Assembly (NCBI GenBank): GCA_023213395.1
Contig: CM041465.1
Span: 57,233,741 to 57,297,740, forward strand
Source: Cycas panzhihuaensis
Taxonomy: Eukaryota; Plantae; Cycadophyta
Reading direction: 5' to 3'
Length of the DNA stretch: 64,000 bases
Shown here: positions 13,001 to 27,293 of the stretch, in pieces
Numbering within the stretch: position 1 is the stretch's first letter
Layout of the letters: each line of letters starts with the position of its first letter
The notes under the pieces: generated by a model
What the model was told of the DNA's origin: nothing
Seen by the model: only the letters and a program-made list of their open reading frames with translations
Databases searched by the model: none
Program-made: the position numbers and the translations under genes

Positions 13001-16000
13001 ATTTCACCTATTCCCTCCAAATATTTCCAAAACCAAAAGCTTCCATGCATTCCATTAGGCAATCCCATGAAACTCTATCATAGGCTTTCGATAGATCAAT
13101 TTTAATTAACATACTAGGCTCCTTTCTTTGGTTAGCCAAATGGAGAGTTTCATGGACAACTATTATGCCATCCATAATTTGTCTGCCTTGCACAAAACCA
13201 TCCTGATTCTTGGAGATGATCCCAGGGAGGATCTTTTTTAATCTGTTAGCCAAGACTTTCATTAAGATCTTGTACTTAACATTACGAAGGCTTATGGGGC
13301 GAAAATCCTCCATCCTTCTTGCTCCCTCCTTCTTTGGAATCAACACAATAAAAGTTGCTTGCCATTTTGCCAAAAGCATTCAATTCCTTTGGAACTCGTG
13401 CAAGGCCTCCATCAAGTCCCCTTTTATTATATCCTAAAAGTCTTGGAAAAAACCTAGAGGACAACCATCCGGTCCCGGAGCTTTCTCCCTCTTCATGCCG
13501 AACACTGCTTCTCTCACTTCCTCCTGGGTAAAAGGAGCTTCCAGCTTTTCATTTTGGCCTGCCTTAACCAGTTTAGGGATTGATCTCAGAAAATCCTTCC
13601 TAGCATCCCTATCTATATATCCTAGCTCATCAAAGAGGTCTGAAAAATATTCAATAGCAGTGTCCTTTAAGTTTTCCAATCTATTTATTTCCTCCCCGTT
13701 TTTCCTTTGGAGGCTACTTATTTTGTTACTAGCTCTATGCTTAATTGTTGTCATATGGAAAAATTTTGTGTTCTTGTCTCCCTCGGCTAACCAAATGGCC
13801 CTAGATTTCTATCTCCAGTGGACCTCCTCCCTGCTTAAGGTCTCCTCCAAGTCCTTAACCAAATCTCTCTCCTCTTTATCCAGCCCCTCGGTTCTGCCTT
13901 CCTCCTGAATCTTATCTTCAGTAGCTTTCAAATCCTTTAATATTTGGTCCTTAACTGCAAATATATTTCGAAAGACTTCTTTGTTCCATCTTTTCTCTTC
14001 CCTCTTAATCCAATCCAGCTTCCTTGAGAATCTGTACATTGCATGACCCTAAGCTGGGACTTTCCACCATTCCCTAATAAGCTCCCTAAAGTGTGGGTGT
14101 CTAGTTCACATCATCTCAAATCTAAAAGGGGAGCCCTTGTGCTTCTCAGAGTTAAAAAACACTAGTTGGAGAGGAGAATGATCTGATAAGATTTTCGGGA
14201 GCGCTTCCAAGTAAAAATCATTGTAATTGACAGACCATTCATAGTTGAGCATCACCCTATCAAGCTTCACCTGGATATGTTGGTTACCCATTCTTCTGTT
14301 TGACCAAGTGAAGTTTGCTCCTCTAAGGGGGACGTCCACCAATCCACCCCTTTGCATAAAGCTGCTGAGATCCTACATGCTGCTCGTCCACCCCTCCTAG
14401 CCCCCTCTCTTTTGGCCTCTCAACTTTTTCTTTCTCAGCTGAGAAATAGAAAGGAGATTCTTTTTTTAATCCTGGAACAAAAAGTACATTGCCAATTTTT
14501 TGTATGCCCCCTTTTATTTCAATGCTATGGTTCCAACTCCTTGATGTTTAGAGGATGCTTGCCCCCTAATTCAACAGATTTATGAGAGGTGAAGGGTTTC
14601 AAAGATTTGAACCAATCCTCTTGCCCAGTCATGTGTCTAGATGCCCCAAAATCAATGTACCAAACCTCCTCATCTTCAAGGCTAGTTGTAAGTGCAACAA
14701 TGAAAGCGGTTTCTTCCTCATCTTCATCGTCCTGTTCTTTGCTAAAGTTTCTTGCAAGTCGCTTTCCCTTCTAGATTTTGGCTCTTCTTTGCGGGCATTG
14801 ATATGGATAGTGCCCAGACTGACTGTAGTGATAGCAGATATCAAAGGCTCTACAATTACTGGATTAATGTCCTGGTCTTCCATAGTTAAAACCTACCCTA
14901 GCTTCTCTGGGAGGTATGCTCTGTCCTCATCAACGACTATCTTGCCCTCTTCCTCGAGACATACTTCGTGTGTCTAAAGCCTTAGCGTGAACGTGAAATT
15001 GACCCCTTCCTCTGGGTCCTAAATGGAGTTTTGTGACTAAAGCGTCTTCAACCTCTGTTATGTCTTCATATCGCTTATTCCTCTGTTCCTGTCTTAATAA
15101 CAAACTTGTGAATGTATCAAGGGTCATGTTATTAATTTGATCATTTTTGGTGATCATGTTGATTGTCACATCAAATGATCTTGGTAGCTTGCTTGTTACT
15201 ATTTCAACTATCTCTTATTCTTCTATTTTGGCCCCTGCACTCAACAAATCATTTCTGATTGTAATGACTTTATGAAGGAATTTTGAGATTGTTTCAATCT
15301 CCTTCATATATAATTTGAATAAGTCTTCGTTCAGTGCTATGATTCATGCCTTGCTTTTCTGTCCATATACGTTTTCAAAGAGTTGCTAAACCTTTGAAGA
15401 TGAATTTAGATTTTTGACATAAACAAGGAGCGGGTCTGAGATAGAAAGCTTTAGCGTAATCAAACCTGTATTGTCCCTTTCTTCCTAGTTGGAGAAGTCT
15501 ATGTCACTTTTATCTAGCTTTTTTTCATGACCTATAGTTATTTTCCATGCATTTTTCGCTCTGAGTAGGGTTTCTATTTTGATTTTCTAGACATGGTAGT
15601 TGGACGCAGTCAGTTTATCTTGATTTAACATGGCCAGGACAATGGAAGCCATTTTAAAGAAGACAAAAAATTAAGATCTATAGTCTGGAACAGGTTTTGT
15701 CTGTACAGCTGTATGAACTTTCATACATAAATGAAAGTGTACGAAATCGAACAAGAGGTATCCCAAAAGAAAGGTCTTCAAATGAGGGTCCCAAATCTAT
15801 AATTATTTTTTGAAAATTCCTTCTAGATTCAGAGAAAACAGGCCCGAAAACTGTGAAGGGGTGGCTAGGGTTTTATCAAAAAAACCTTTGAATCTCTTCA
15901 AATCTTCAACAAAAATTAGCAAGAATGGATTCAACTTCTTAGCAACAGAGATTAGAATAGATTAAATTGGGTTTTACCCAGATTTTGGCAGAATCTTTGA

Positions 16001-16563
16001 AGAAATCTAGGATTTATCTCTTAAATCCATGCAAACATGAAATGAGGCAAAAGTCCCCCAAAACAGCTCCAAATGACTTTGCGCTTGAAGAAGAAGTTGA
16101 CGTCCGTATTGAGACGGTCCTAATGATCAAATTTCATCAAAAATTAAGCAGTTCAAAATTTCTGCGACAGTACAAGCTTGTACAGGTCCGTACAAGTATG
16201 TACTGCAATAAATTCTGCAGACAATTTCTTCTTCTGAAAAAGAAAACTTTGCCCCTTGTCCTCTTTAAGTTTTAAAGTGATCTAACTTCGTTCTGATCCT
16301 GAATCCTTATTGCAACTTCAAGTTCTTCTTTTCAAGGAGCCAGGTTGATCTGCTCTAATACCATGTAGAAACTCAGATTATTATCAGAAAGACTGATGAT
16401 TTATTATGAGAGATCAATTATATATATATATATATACACAATTGTACATTGTAATCGACATGTGTCTGAGTGACACGTGTCAGACGCTTGTCTAAGAATA
16501 CAAAAGGAGGGTTTTACATGACCCTCAAGAACACCCTTCAAGATGAAACATTATATTCTAACA
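10041..16563 (-). mobile_element. Copia C1 5' part: 5' LTR 16364-16563, Met PBS 16352-16363, gag, protease, start of integrase; interrupted by a LINE
   Basis: PBS tggtattagagc; WYIDFGASRHMTG; NLLSISQL; LELVYTNLCGP..YFLTFID ending near 10041. Confidence 0.88.
10480..14417 (-). mobile_element. 5'-truncated L1 LINE (endonuclease tail, RT, zf-RVT, RNase H) with poly(A) and 18-bp TSD
   Basis: [61 protein letters not shown]; TSD tctcaactttttctttct at 10462-10479 and 14418-14435. Confidence 0.95.
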
Positions 16564-19500
16564 AGCTTGATATTCAACTTCTGTTGTAGATAGTGCCAAT
16601 GATTGCATCTTTTTATTAGACCATGTGATAGGAGAAGAGTTAAGAAAGAAGATATATATAGTTGTAGACTTTCGATCATCTAAATCTCCTTCCCAATCTG
16701 AATTTGTATAACCTATCAATTTTAGATTAGTATTATAGTAATTATATGTTAGGCCATAATAAATTGTACATTGAAGATATCGTAGAATTCATTTTGCTGC
16801 TTTACAATATGATTCATGGGACTTTTGACATATACCTGGAACACAAAGCAATAATATAGAAAATGTCTGGGTGAGTGTGGGTTAGATAAATAAAACTTCC
16901 TATTAATTGACGATATAATATAGGATCACAAGGTGGGGTTTGACAATCAGTAGATAGTTTTACACCTGATTGTAGAGGAGTTGGGGCTAATTTTGAATTT
17001 TCCATATTAAAGCTTTTAATTAGATCAAGTATGTACTTAGGTTGTGAAATGGAAATTATAGATTTAGACTGACAGATTTGATGACTGAAAAAGTAGTGAA
17101 GAAGTCTTAGGTCTATCATTTCGAATTTATTTATTAGAATAGATTTTAATTGAAAGATATCAGAGAGTAGAGATTCAATTATGATAATATCATCAACATA
17201 AAGAATTAGAATAGTGATATTGTCATCGTATTGTTTGAAATAAAAGTTAGGATCACTAATGCATTTAGTGTATCCATTTTGAAGCAGATAGTTGTCTATT
17301 TTGATGTGCCAAGCTCGAGGGACTTGTTTTTGTTTACAAACGAGATTTGGATTAGACACTAAACCAGGAGGTTGGGACATATAGATTTCTTTGTTAAGGT
17401 CACCATTTAGAAAAACACTCTTTACATCCATTTGATGTATTTGCCAGCCAAATTTGGCTGCGAGAGCAATAATAGTTTTGATCGTATTTATTTTTGTAAC
17501 AGGAGCAAAAGTTTCGGTATAGTCAATACCATCAATTTGAGAAAAACCTTTGGCTACCAAACGTGCCTTATATTTTTCTACAGCTCCTTTAAAGTTATAT
17601 TTGGTTTGGTAAACCCATTTGCAGTCTACCAAAGTTTTACCTGGTGGAAGTAGAACTAAATCCCAAGTTGAATTGTTTAGAAGAGCATCATATTCTATTT
17701 ACATGGCTTGTTGCCATACAAGATTATTACAAGCTTCCTTGAATGTTTTAGGATCATTATTGGCCATTAAAGTAAAATTGACTTGTAATTTTTGTGATTT
17801 GGTTCTCTTGGTATCTGATGGATTACCAGCATCAGAACTGACATTAGAAAGGGTTTTTTGAGCCCAAATTAGTTGTTTATTTTTAGAAAATTGGTTGGAA
17901 AAAATAGATGGATCTGATGTACTAGGTTCAGTTACAATCCAATTTTGGACTTGTGTAGATAAACTTTCAATTACTTCATTGTTTGCTTGTTTTCTTGAAG
18001 GATCTGTTAAAAAAGTGTTTGTTAACAGACTTTCAACAGGAAGTTCAACTTGATTGGAGTTTGATGAAGATCCCTCTTCATCAAAAATGACATTACACAT
18101 AATTGAGATTTTGTGTGTGATAGGATCTAATAACCTATAAGCTTTACATTCTTCGTTGTATCTAACGAAGATAAATTTAGAGCTTTTAGGGTCTAGTTTC
18201 TTATGTTTTTCCTTTGGAACATGTCCTTAAACAATGTTTCCAAAGATTTTAAGGTGCTTTACAAACGGTTTATGACCAAACCACTTTTGTTTTGGTGTAA
18301 CATTCTGTAAAGATTTACTTGATAATCAGTTTAACAAGTAATTGGAGAAAGCTATTGTTTCAACCCACAATTTTAAGTCAAGACATTTTGCATGTGACAT
18401 GCATCTAGTCATTTCAACTAAGGTACGATTCTTGCATTCAACAACACCGTTTTGTTGGGGAGTATAGATAATGGAATGTTGAAATTTTATTTCATGTTTT
18501 TTGCAGAATGAAGTGAATTCATTACTCAGATATTCCTTGGCATTGTCAGATCTAAAGATTTTAATTTTTGAGTTAGATTGATTTTCAACCAACATTTTGA
18601 ATTCAACAAAAATATCAAATACTTGACTTCTAAGTTTAAGCATATAGACCCAATACTTTCTAGAAAAATCATCGATGAAGGTAACAAAATATTTGCTTCC
18701 AGAGTGTGATGATACTTGGAAGGAACCACAAATGTTTGAATGTACAAGTTCGAGCAATAATTTTGCTCGAAATGAGGTTCAATGGGGAAAGGGGTTTATG
18801 TGTTGCTTAACTATTACATAGGCTTCACAAACACCATAAACCATTGATAAGGGTGGGAGTCCATGAATCATGTCATGTTGATTTAATTACCATAGTTTGC
18901 CATAACTTGTATGGTCAAACCGTGCATGCCAGAGTTTACTAACTGGGTCAGAATTAGCTATAAAAGCAATGAAGGGTTTAGTTTTAGAATGATTGAGATT
19001 TGTCAAGTTGTACAGACCTGTTTTATGGTCAGCAAGTTCTGAAACAATATGTTTGAATTTATTAAAAGGTTGCTTGATAATAAATTTATCTTTTTAGAAT
19101 TTGATAACAAGGTCCTTTTGGCAGATCTGATATACGGATAAAAGGTTGGGTAACAAACCTGGAACGTAAAATACGTCTTTAATAGAACCATCCTTCAAAG
19201 ATACGTCACCAATTCCTTTGACTTTTAATTGAGAACCACTTCTGAGAGAGATTTCCTCTTCATAATTGGAATAAGGTTGATAAGTGGATAAATATTCTTG
19301 GTGTCCCATCATATGGTGGGAAGTACCAAAATTTAAGATCCACGAAGGTTGTTGAGAAGTAGAAGCAGAAAAAGCAGATGTGGTGGGAGTTACAGAATTG
19401 TGAGAATTGTGGGATCGTGATTGGATCCCTTTTAAAGCTTTCCATGTTTTAGAGGTAATTTTGTTCCTACAGACGTCTATTGTATGCCCTTTTTTATGAT

Positions 19501-22497
19501 AGTAGGCACAATTAACATTTTGATTGTTATTGGGATTGAAATTATTCATTTTTTGGAATTTTTGTTTAGGTGAGTTTTGATTTTTAGGTGGTCCTGAGTA
19601 CTTAGGATTTTGATTATAACTATTTAAAGTAGAGCCTCTATGAGGTTTTTGAAATTTAGGATTACTGTTGTGATTATTTTGTTGATTGCTTTGGTTTCTC
19701 GGTTTGTTTTGTGCCTTAGCTTTAGAAAAAAGGGCCTGAGAAGGATCTTGAATTTTTCCAGTTTGGATTAACATAGTCTGGTATTCAACTATTTGGTTTG
19801 TTGATTGATCAAATGTAATGGGAGGGTGCCCACACTGGTGCCTAGCAATTTTGTATTGATTAAAAGATTTCAGAAGCTTGTTGATGGCAAGACAGACGAG
19901 CATGTTGTCACCTTTTGCATGTGTTAGGTTATAACTTTATCATTTTCTTTAGTTGATGATTTAATACAATTTCCTAAATCTATGTTTATAAGTTGAAGGT
20001 TTGATAAGAAATCTTCATACTTCAAATCATACATTTTTTGTTCAAGAATAGCTACTTATTGTGTATCTACCTTATCGTATTTATTCTTGAGCTTGGCCCA
20101 GATGGTGGCAAGATCATCTGTGTCAGAGAACTACCTACATATGTCTAACGAGAGAGAGGTTAAGATGGTGGCTAAATCTCCATCACAGTTCATCAGGTAA
20201 ACCATATAAGCATCTAATGTTTTGTTGGTAGGTTTCGCAAACTCTCTAGTCATGTACCGCCAAATCTTTTGTTGTTTAAGTTGATCAAATACTTTGATTT
20301 TCCAATCGACATGAGTTGTGCCATTTAAAATTGGAATTGAGATGGAGGAGATTGTCCCTGACATGATTGCCATTTTGGGAAAGAAATCTAGGTAGAGATC
20401 CTCTTTTGATTAAAAGAAATGATAAGATAAATAAAAAGAAAAAATAAGCTTTCAAATTGATATAATTAAGCCACAAATATTAAATGAAGATAATCATAGC
20501 TTTTTTATTTCATAGTTAAAAAAAATAACATTGATTTAATATAAATAAAGATACATAAATGTTTGTGAATGAATTAAATGAAGATAATCATAGCATTTTT
20601 ATTTCATAATTTAAAAAAAATAATATTGATTTAATACAAATAAAGATACATAAATGTTTGTGAATAAAATGGGAAAGTTATCCCTTTAACACATTAAAAA
20701 ATTGATTGTAAATGTTTTGAAATTATGTTTTTAATCATACATATCGAAAATTAAATCCAATTTGCAAATATTTGCATAAATTATAACATCATTTGCAATA
20801 AATAACATTAAAATAATAGTTAAATTACTTATAAATAAATTAAATAAATTTGTTAAAAAATAAGTGATAAATGGTGTGATTAATTCATCAAATTAATAAA
20901 TGATTAATAATGTATTAAATTGAATTAAAAATTTGAAAAAATTATAAAGAAATTTGCAAACTTAAAACACGTGCCTGAACTTAGTCGTAGTCAGTTTTGT
21001 TGACTTAGATCGAAGTTTTCCCTGTCAAAATGGCATTAAAAGTACTCGAGTGACCAGTCAAATTGTCAGCGTCTAACTTAAGATTTTGACACAAACTTCC
21101 AAAACTGAATTCTAACTCTAGATGATGAAGTTATGCTAGAAAACATATAGGTGACTCTTTTGAAATGTGGGGAGGGGGCTAGGGGTTAATCCCCTTTTTA
21201 CATCAAAGTTAGGGTCGTATGAGGGCGCTATAGGACCAGGGGTTGGCAGAATAGGTGGCTACAGACCCAAAATGAAATTAGGGTAGATTTAAACATTTTT
21301 GCAATTGCAAAAATATTAAACAATATTTAATAAAGATTTGGCATCCATTTGAATGCAAAAAACAAAGGGATAACATAATTCGGCCCAAAACTTAGGGTTC
21401 CAAACAAATTTTCACAATTTTTTTTGCGTCTCCCTGTATTTACGTTGTGTTCACATTGTGTATTGGCATTCAGAGGACTTACAAGCATTTGAGCCCTATT
21501 TTGCTATGCGACTGAGTGGAGGCTGCAATGGCGTCCTCTTCTGCGTTGCAACTCTGTGGAGCAATTGCGTCTAGAGCAATGATTGTGTGGAGGACGACTT
21601 CAAAAGACTACGAGAGTTAATGCAGAGATGCGTGGTGAGTGTAGGCTACTCCATGACGTGCGATGGATTGCATTTTGTGTCTCTGGTTTACGTCTAGGAC
21701 TTCTTCTTCTTTTTTATTTTTTTTGTTTATTTTTTTTATTTTTTATACATTGTAGGTGATTAGAGGCTGCGTGGAGGTATAATGGCTTCAGACTCTTCTC
21801 CATGCCTTCTCTACATCTTCTCTACGGCTTCTTCAGTTGCTTGGATGACAGATGGGATGGCAGACGAGATTGTAGATAATTCATAGGATTGTGTACGACA
21901 ACGGGGACGTGCATTTGTCGAATTGGTCACATATGCAAACCTCTATTTGTAAGGGGGAGGTCGTTGCACAAACCAATAGCCTTTCTGGTAGACTTTCAGA
22001 TGTAAAGCTTGCACCCTACTTCAATACTTCTGAACTTGCTCTGAATCCCGCTTTAATACCATGATGGAGGGAGAGGACTTGTGCATTACATCTGCTCAAA
22101 ACATAGGCATAACATTGAATACATTTAACACAAATTCATCCACGTAATGCATACCAGATTGGCAGGTGGAAAACCCCTATAGGGGAAGAAAAACCACCTT
22201 AGAATATAGTAATATGTTATTAAAATAACATCAAAGTACATAGATGGAAAATGAGAATCTCATTCTCTCTTCATGTTGCTAACCTGACTAGAGACGTGCA
22301 CCCACGTAGCCAACCTTCATACATAAATTCTTGAATAATTAATTCAAGAAGATACAGTAAAGTTTGTTGAATGGACACTTGTCCATTTCACTAAACGTTT
22401 TAGTAAATAACAATTAAATACATAATAGTTTATAATAAGGTTTATAACAATGTTTGCAAAGATAACATTAGAATTTTATAAAAGATTATTTCTAACA
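16564..22497 (-). mobile_element. Copia C2 (host of C1): 5' LTR about 22062-22497, Met PBS 22050-22061, long AT-rich leader, gag-PR-INT-RT-partial RNase H pseudogene
   Basis: PBS tggtattaaagc; WILNFGTSHHM; LELVHSNICG..TPQQNGVVE; YKARLVAKG..HQMDVKSVFLNG..LYVDD; ends at ALSTTEVEYQA against the C1 LTR. Confidence 0.88.
20480..20665. repeat. About 94-bp tandem duplication in the C2 leader
   Basis: taaatgaagataatcatagc...aaagatacataaatgtttgtgaat occurs twice. Confidence 0.85.
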
Positions 22498-22870
22498 AAT
22501 TATAAGAGTAAAATCAATGTAATTGTTGCAAACAAGATAGGCAATGCAGTCATACTAGATTACCTTTTTGAATGATCTTTTGTGAATGGGTTGTTGGCCA
22601 AGCTATGTGATTACCTGAGGTAGGACGCAATTGAAAGTTGTAACCTAGATAGAGATTTGGCATTAAATGTTGAATCCTAAATGAATAAGGGAGGTGCTTT
22701 GAGTCATGACAACATGTGTTGATAATTAAGAGAAGAAATCCAAGAGTTACATGCGAAAAAAAATGTCATATCATTATAAAGACAAAGGAGAATGCTAAAT
22801 TGGAAGCACTTTATAAAGAGAGGACTAAATTAAACTTGGATCTATAAAGGAACATGAATTCATACATATA

Positions 22871-25800
22871 TGTTCCTATCTGCAGAATCTTTAACCATAC
22901 ACAACAAGCAAACAAAGATATATACAGAATACAGATGCACAGTACACAGGATTTATGTGGGAAACACTTTTGGGAAAAAACCCACCACAAAAGATCCTTT
23001 GAATCACATTAATTACACTCCTTTGAATTGATTGAATACACAAGGGCTCTAGGATATAAATATCCTTCCAAAAGGTGTCACCTGACAAGGGTTGTGACCC
23101 TACGAACATCTCACACCTTTTCGATAATCATGATTAGTTAAACCACATTAACATTAACTAGTGGCTTAACAAACAACTGCTATGTTAACATCTCCCCTTA
23201 ATGTGAATGTGGGAAACCTACAATCTGTAGTAGTTGTGTTATCATGAAGTCTGGGACTATCAACCTGTAGCTTTTTTATCCTTGTCGATACATCCCCCCT
23301 CAAGGATAACATCTGTGAGTCCTATTCCAGTACGCATCTTTTGAATGGATCTTTAGTAAGCAATTTGGTGAAGACATCCACAAGTTAATATTCACTCAAA
23401 CAATAGTTGACTTGCAACTTCCCTGACTTGATCTGTTCACAAATGTAGTGGTGCTGAATCTTTATATGCTTCGTACATGCATGAAACTCTGGATACTTCG
23501 ACAAGCGAATGGTACTTTGATAAACAACAAAAATAATCGGATGTCCATTTCAAACTCCAAGAAACTCCAAGAGACCTTGTAACCATACAACTTCCTTCAC
23601 ACCAACACTGAATCCTTGATATTCCATCTATGTAGAAGATAGTGCCACTGTTTGTTGCTTCTTCAACTGCCACGAAACAAATTCATTATCGACACCAAAG
23701 ATGTATCCAACAATGGACTTCCGATCATCAAAGTCTTCTCCCAATTAGCATTAGTGTAGCCATGCAACCTTATCTTCTCATCTCGGTGGTATTCGAGATC
23801 AAGATAGAGTGTACCCTTTAGGTACTTTAGAATCTGCTTCACGGCAACCTAATGTGGTTTCTGAGGATTTTGCATATAGCGAGAAACCAATCCAATAACA
23901 TAGGCGATATGTGGTTTGGTATGAGTCAAGTAGATTAGACTTCCTACCAATTGGTGATACTTTGTTCCATCTACAAAGGGTTTGGCCATATCCTTCTGGA
24001 ATCTTGCGCCCTTAACACATGGTGTTGCAACATGTTTGCAATTCTGCATTCCAAACTTCTCTGGTAGGTTCTTCACGTAATGTGACTACGACAACATGAT
24101 TTGATTGTCCATCTACTTGCTTTGAATGCCTAAGAAGTAGTGAAGCCTCTCGAGGACTATCATGTCAAAGAAGCTCCCAAATTGGACTTGACTTCTACAA
24201 TAGTCTTATTACAATTGTCACTGATGATTAAATCATCCACATACGCCACAATAGCAACTATTGAAGTCCCCTTCCTTTTCACATATAAATTCAGGTCGAG
24301 ATCTAAAACTACGAAACCTTCAACTTTTAACTTGGCATCCATCTTCTCATACCAAGCACGGGGTGCTTGTTTCAGACCATAGATTGTTTTCTTCAACTAG
24401 CATACAAGATGCTCCTGGCCTTCCTTAATGAATCCTAGAGGTTGTGACATGTATATCTCCTCCTTTAGATCTCCATTAAGAAATGCAGACTTGACGTCCA
24501 TCTGGTGTAACTCCCAACCATAAGCAATTGCTAAGGAAATGATCAAATGGACCGTTGTTATCTTGGAGACTAGTGCAAACATCTCCTCATAATCAATTCC
24601 TTCTTTTTTGTTTGAACCCTTGAGCGACAAGCCTGGCCTTGTACTTGTCCACCTCTCCATCAGAGTGGTACTTAGTCTTGTAGACTCACTTGCATCCAAC
24701 AAGGTTCTTTGTCTAAGGGAGCAGAACCAAATCCCATGTGTCGTTCTTCATGAGAGAACCATGCTTCTCTTCCATTGTAGTTCTCCATTGTGGATCTCCT
24801 TTCGCTTCATCATACGAATCAGGATCATTGGAGTTGTTGGTGTCTACTAGTAGAGTTTGACTGACATGTTGACTTCTTGTTCTTCTCTCATCAGTAAGGG
24901 TATGCATTGCTACTCCAGAATCTTCAATCGTCTTCATTGCCATAGTGGTATAGAAGGACCCATTGCTGAAGGTGCTTCTTCATGTGGCGGCTCCTCACTG
25001 TTACTCGATCCACTTGACCTTGCTTCCTTATGTATTCTAGTGACGCTCATCATCCTCTTTGCTTGATGGATTTGAGAATGGAAGTAGTGGGGGGCAAAAA
25101 GGTTCTTCTGATGATTTTTTAGCATGATACGTCAATAACTCATCAAATTTTACATTCCAACTAATCACAATCTTTCTTTCTTGTGGATCTCACAGTCTGT
25201 AAGCTTTATTTTGATCACTATACCCCATAAAATACACTTCAGACTTTTTCGATCTAACTTTTTGCGAGTGTCATCTAGGATGTGGGCATATCCAATACAC
25301 CTAAAAGTTTTCAAATGGCTAATGACAGGTTTTCGACGAGTCTATTTTCCTTTGGGGGTCATGCTATGAATTGCTTGAGTAGGTACCCGTTTTAGAGAAT
25401 ACATAGCAGTTGCCATAGCCTCTGCCCAAAACTCCAGTGGTAGATTTTTAGTGTGCACCATACACCTTGCCATGTCCATCATGGCATAGTTCTTTCTTTC
25501 AGCAACTCCATTTTGTTGTGGGGTATATGGGACCATAAACTCCCGCTTTATATCATGATCACGACAAAATTGATTAAATGCATGATTGTCGTACTCCTTG
25601 CCATTATCACTTTTTAATGACTTGATCTTCTTATCACTTTCGTTTTCAACCATCGCTTTCTAGTCACGGAAACGATCAAACACATCTGACTTTTTCTTTA
25701 GAAAGTATACCCAGGCTTTCTTGGTGTAATCATCCCAAAACACTAGGGTGTAATGAGCTCTTGATGTTGAGGGGTTTGGGATTGGACCCATTATATCCAT

Positions 25801-27290
25801 ATGCACAAGCTCTAGCTTCTCCTTGGCTCCATAGGCATTATATTGAGCAAAATGATAGCGATGATGCTTTCCATACATGCACCCTTCACAACCACTATCT
25901 GAGTATGAAATGGATGGTCAACCTTCCACCATCTTCAACCTCTTGAACAGTACAATGCTCCTGTAATTAAGGTGTCCTAGGCGATTATGCCATAGTTTGC
26001 TCACATCATCAGCGCTAGCAACAAAGGCGTAAGACCTCTTCTAAGATTGAAACTTCTCAAACACCCAAAAACTATCTTTGACCTTCTCAGTAGCGATGAC
26101 AGAGAAATTTTGCTTCAGATCCTTAATTAGGCATCTATCATGGTATAACTCCTTTTTCATACCTTGTTTGTAGATCTCCCAGGTTGAAAGCAAATTCAAT
26201 TGCATCTTGGATACATAATATACCCCTGTAAACTTACCACCTGCTAAAGAAACTTTGCTGACACCTTCCATTAGCAATACACGAGCATCTCCAAGGATGA
26301 TTTCGACACCACTATGATTTTCGTTCACCATATCGAAGTTATGCTTCTGGTAAGAGATACGCTTCTGCACTACAGAGTCTAAAATCTAATAATCTCTCTG
26401 ATTCGACTCGGCTAATAAGGTTGATGCTTAGATGCAGTATGCAGTAGTGCTCTTCCCTTTGTCATCCTAGCTTACTTTGTGCTTGTCATGTCTCTTGAAC
26501 CAATAGTTCTTCTCTTTGTGACCACCTTTTTTGCAGTAGTTACATTTACCATTGAATTTCTTCTTCTCCCAAGAATTTTCCCCAGACCTCTGTGTGAACT
26601 TCTCCTCCTAAATGGCCTCTTTCCTCTGTGTCTTCATGGCTAAGGCCTAACTCAATTTAGAACCTCCAAGCATTCCATGGTGTTTTAACTAGGCATCCTC
26701 AGCTAGAATAAGATTTTTAATGCCATCAAAGGTCTCTACCTCCATTACTTCATCTCTACCATAAATGGTCTGAAAAGTGGCAAAAGCAGATGGCAACATC
26801 GAGATGATTATCGCAAACAAGAGTGCATCATCAATCGAATTCGACTTTAATTCTTCTAGCTTACTTCTCAAGCCAGTGATCTTATTCAGATAGGAACTGA
26901 TGTTGGCCTCATCTTCTACATGTGAATTGAGCAGCCCCAACATCAGGGCTAAACGTCTATTCATCTTCTTTTTCTCAAAAGTGTCATACAATTTTGTCCA
27001 AATTTTGTCTAGTTCTTCCAGATTTTGAACCAAGGCCCTCTGGTCCGGTGCCAATGATAGTTTCAATAGTCCCACAACCATAAACTTCTTCTCTTGAAGT
27101 CTTACTTGCTCCTTATGATCCAGCTGAATTGCATCCACCTTTGCCTTAGTAATTCTCCAGAGTTGATTAACCATCAATACCAACTCCATGTTAGCCTTTC
27201 ACTTGCTGAAATTGTTGTCGTTGAAGATAACCTTCAACATCACACGCTCCATCTCAAGAAAAGGGCTTCAACATGAGTCAAAAAAATACC
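22871..27290 (-). mobile_element. Copia C4: 3' LTR about 22871-23190, PPT, degenerate gag-pol; 5' LTR not found
   Basis: gttaaca|tctcccctta; HQMDVKSAFLNGDLKEEIYM; AYVDDL; TPQQNGVAERKN; gag FSKWKANMELVL..LW. Confidence 0.85.
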
Positions 27291-27293
27291 AAA

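Noticed and set aside
14431-14446. Palindrome tttctcagctgagaaa, with CAGCTG also at 9414, as inversion breakpoints
   Set aside because: It is ordinary copia coding sequence (SISQLRK); the nearby junction is explained by the LINE TSD
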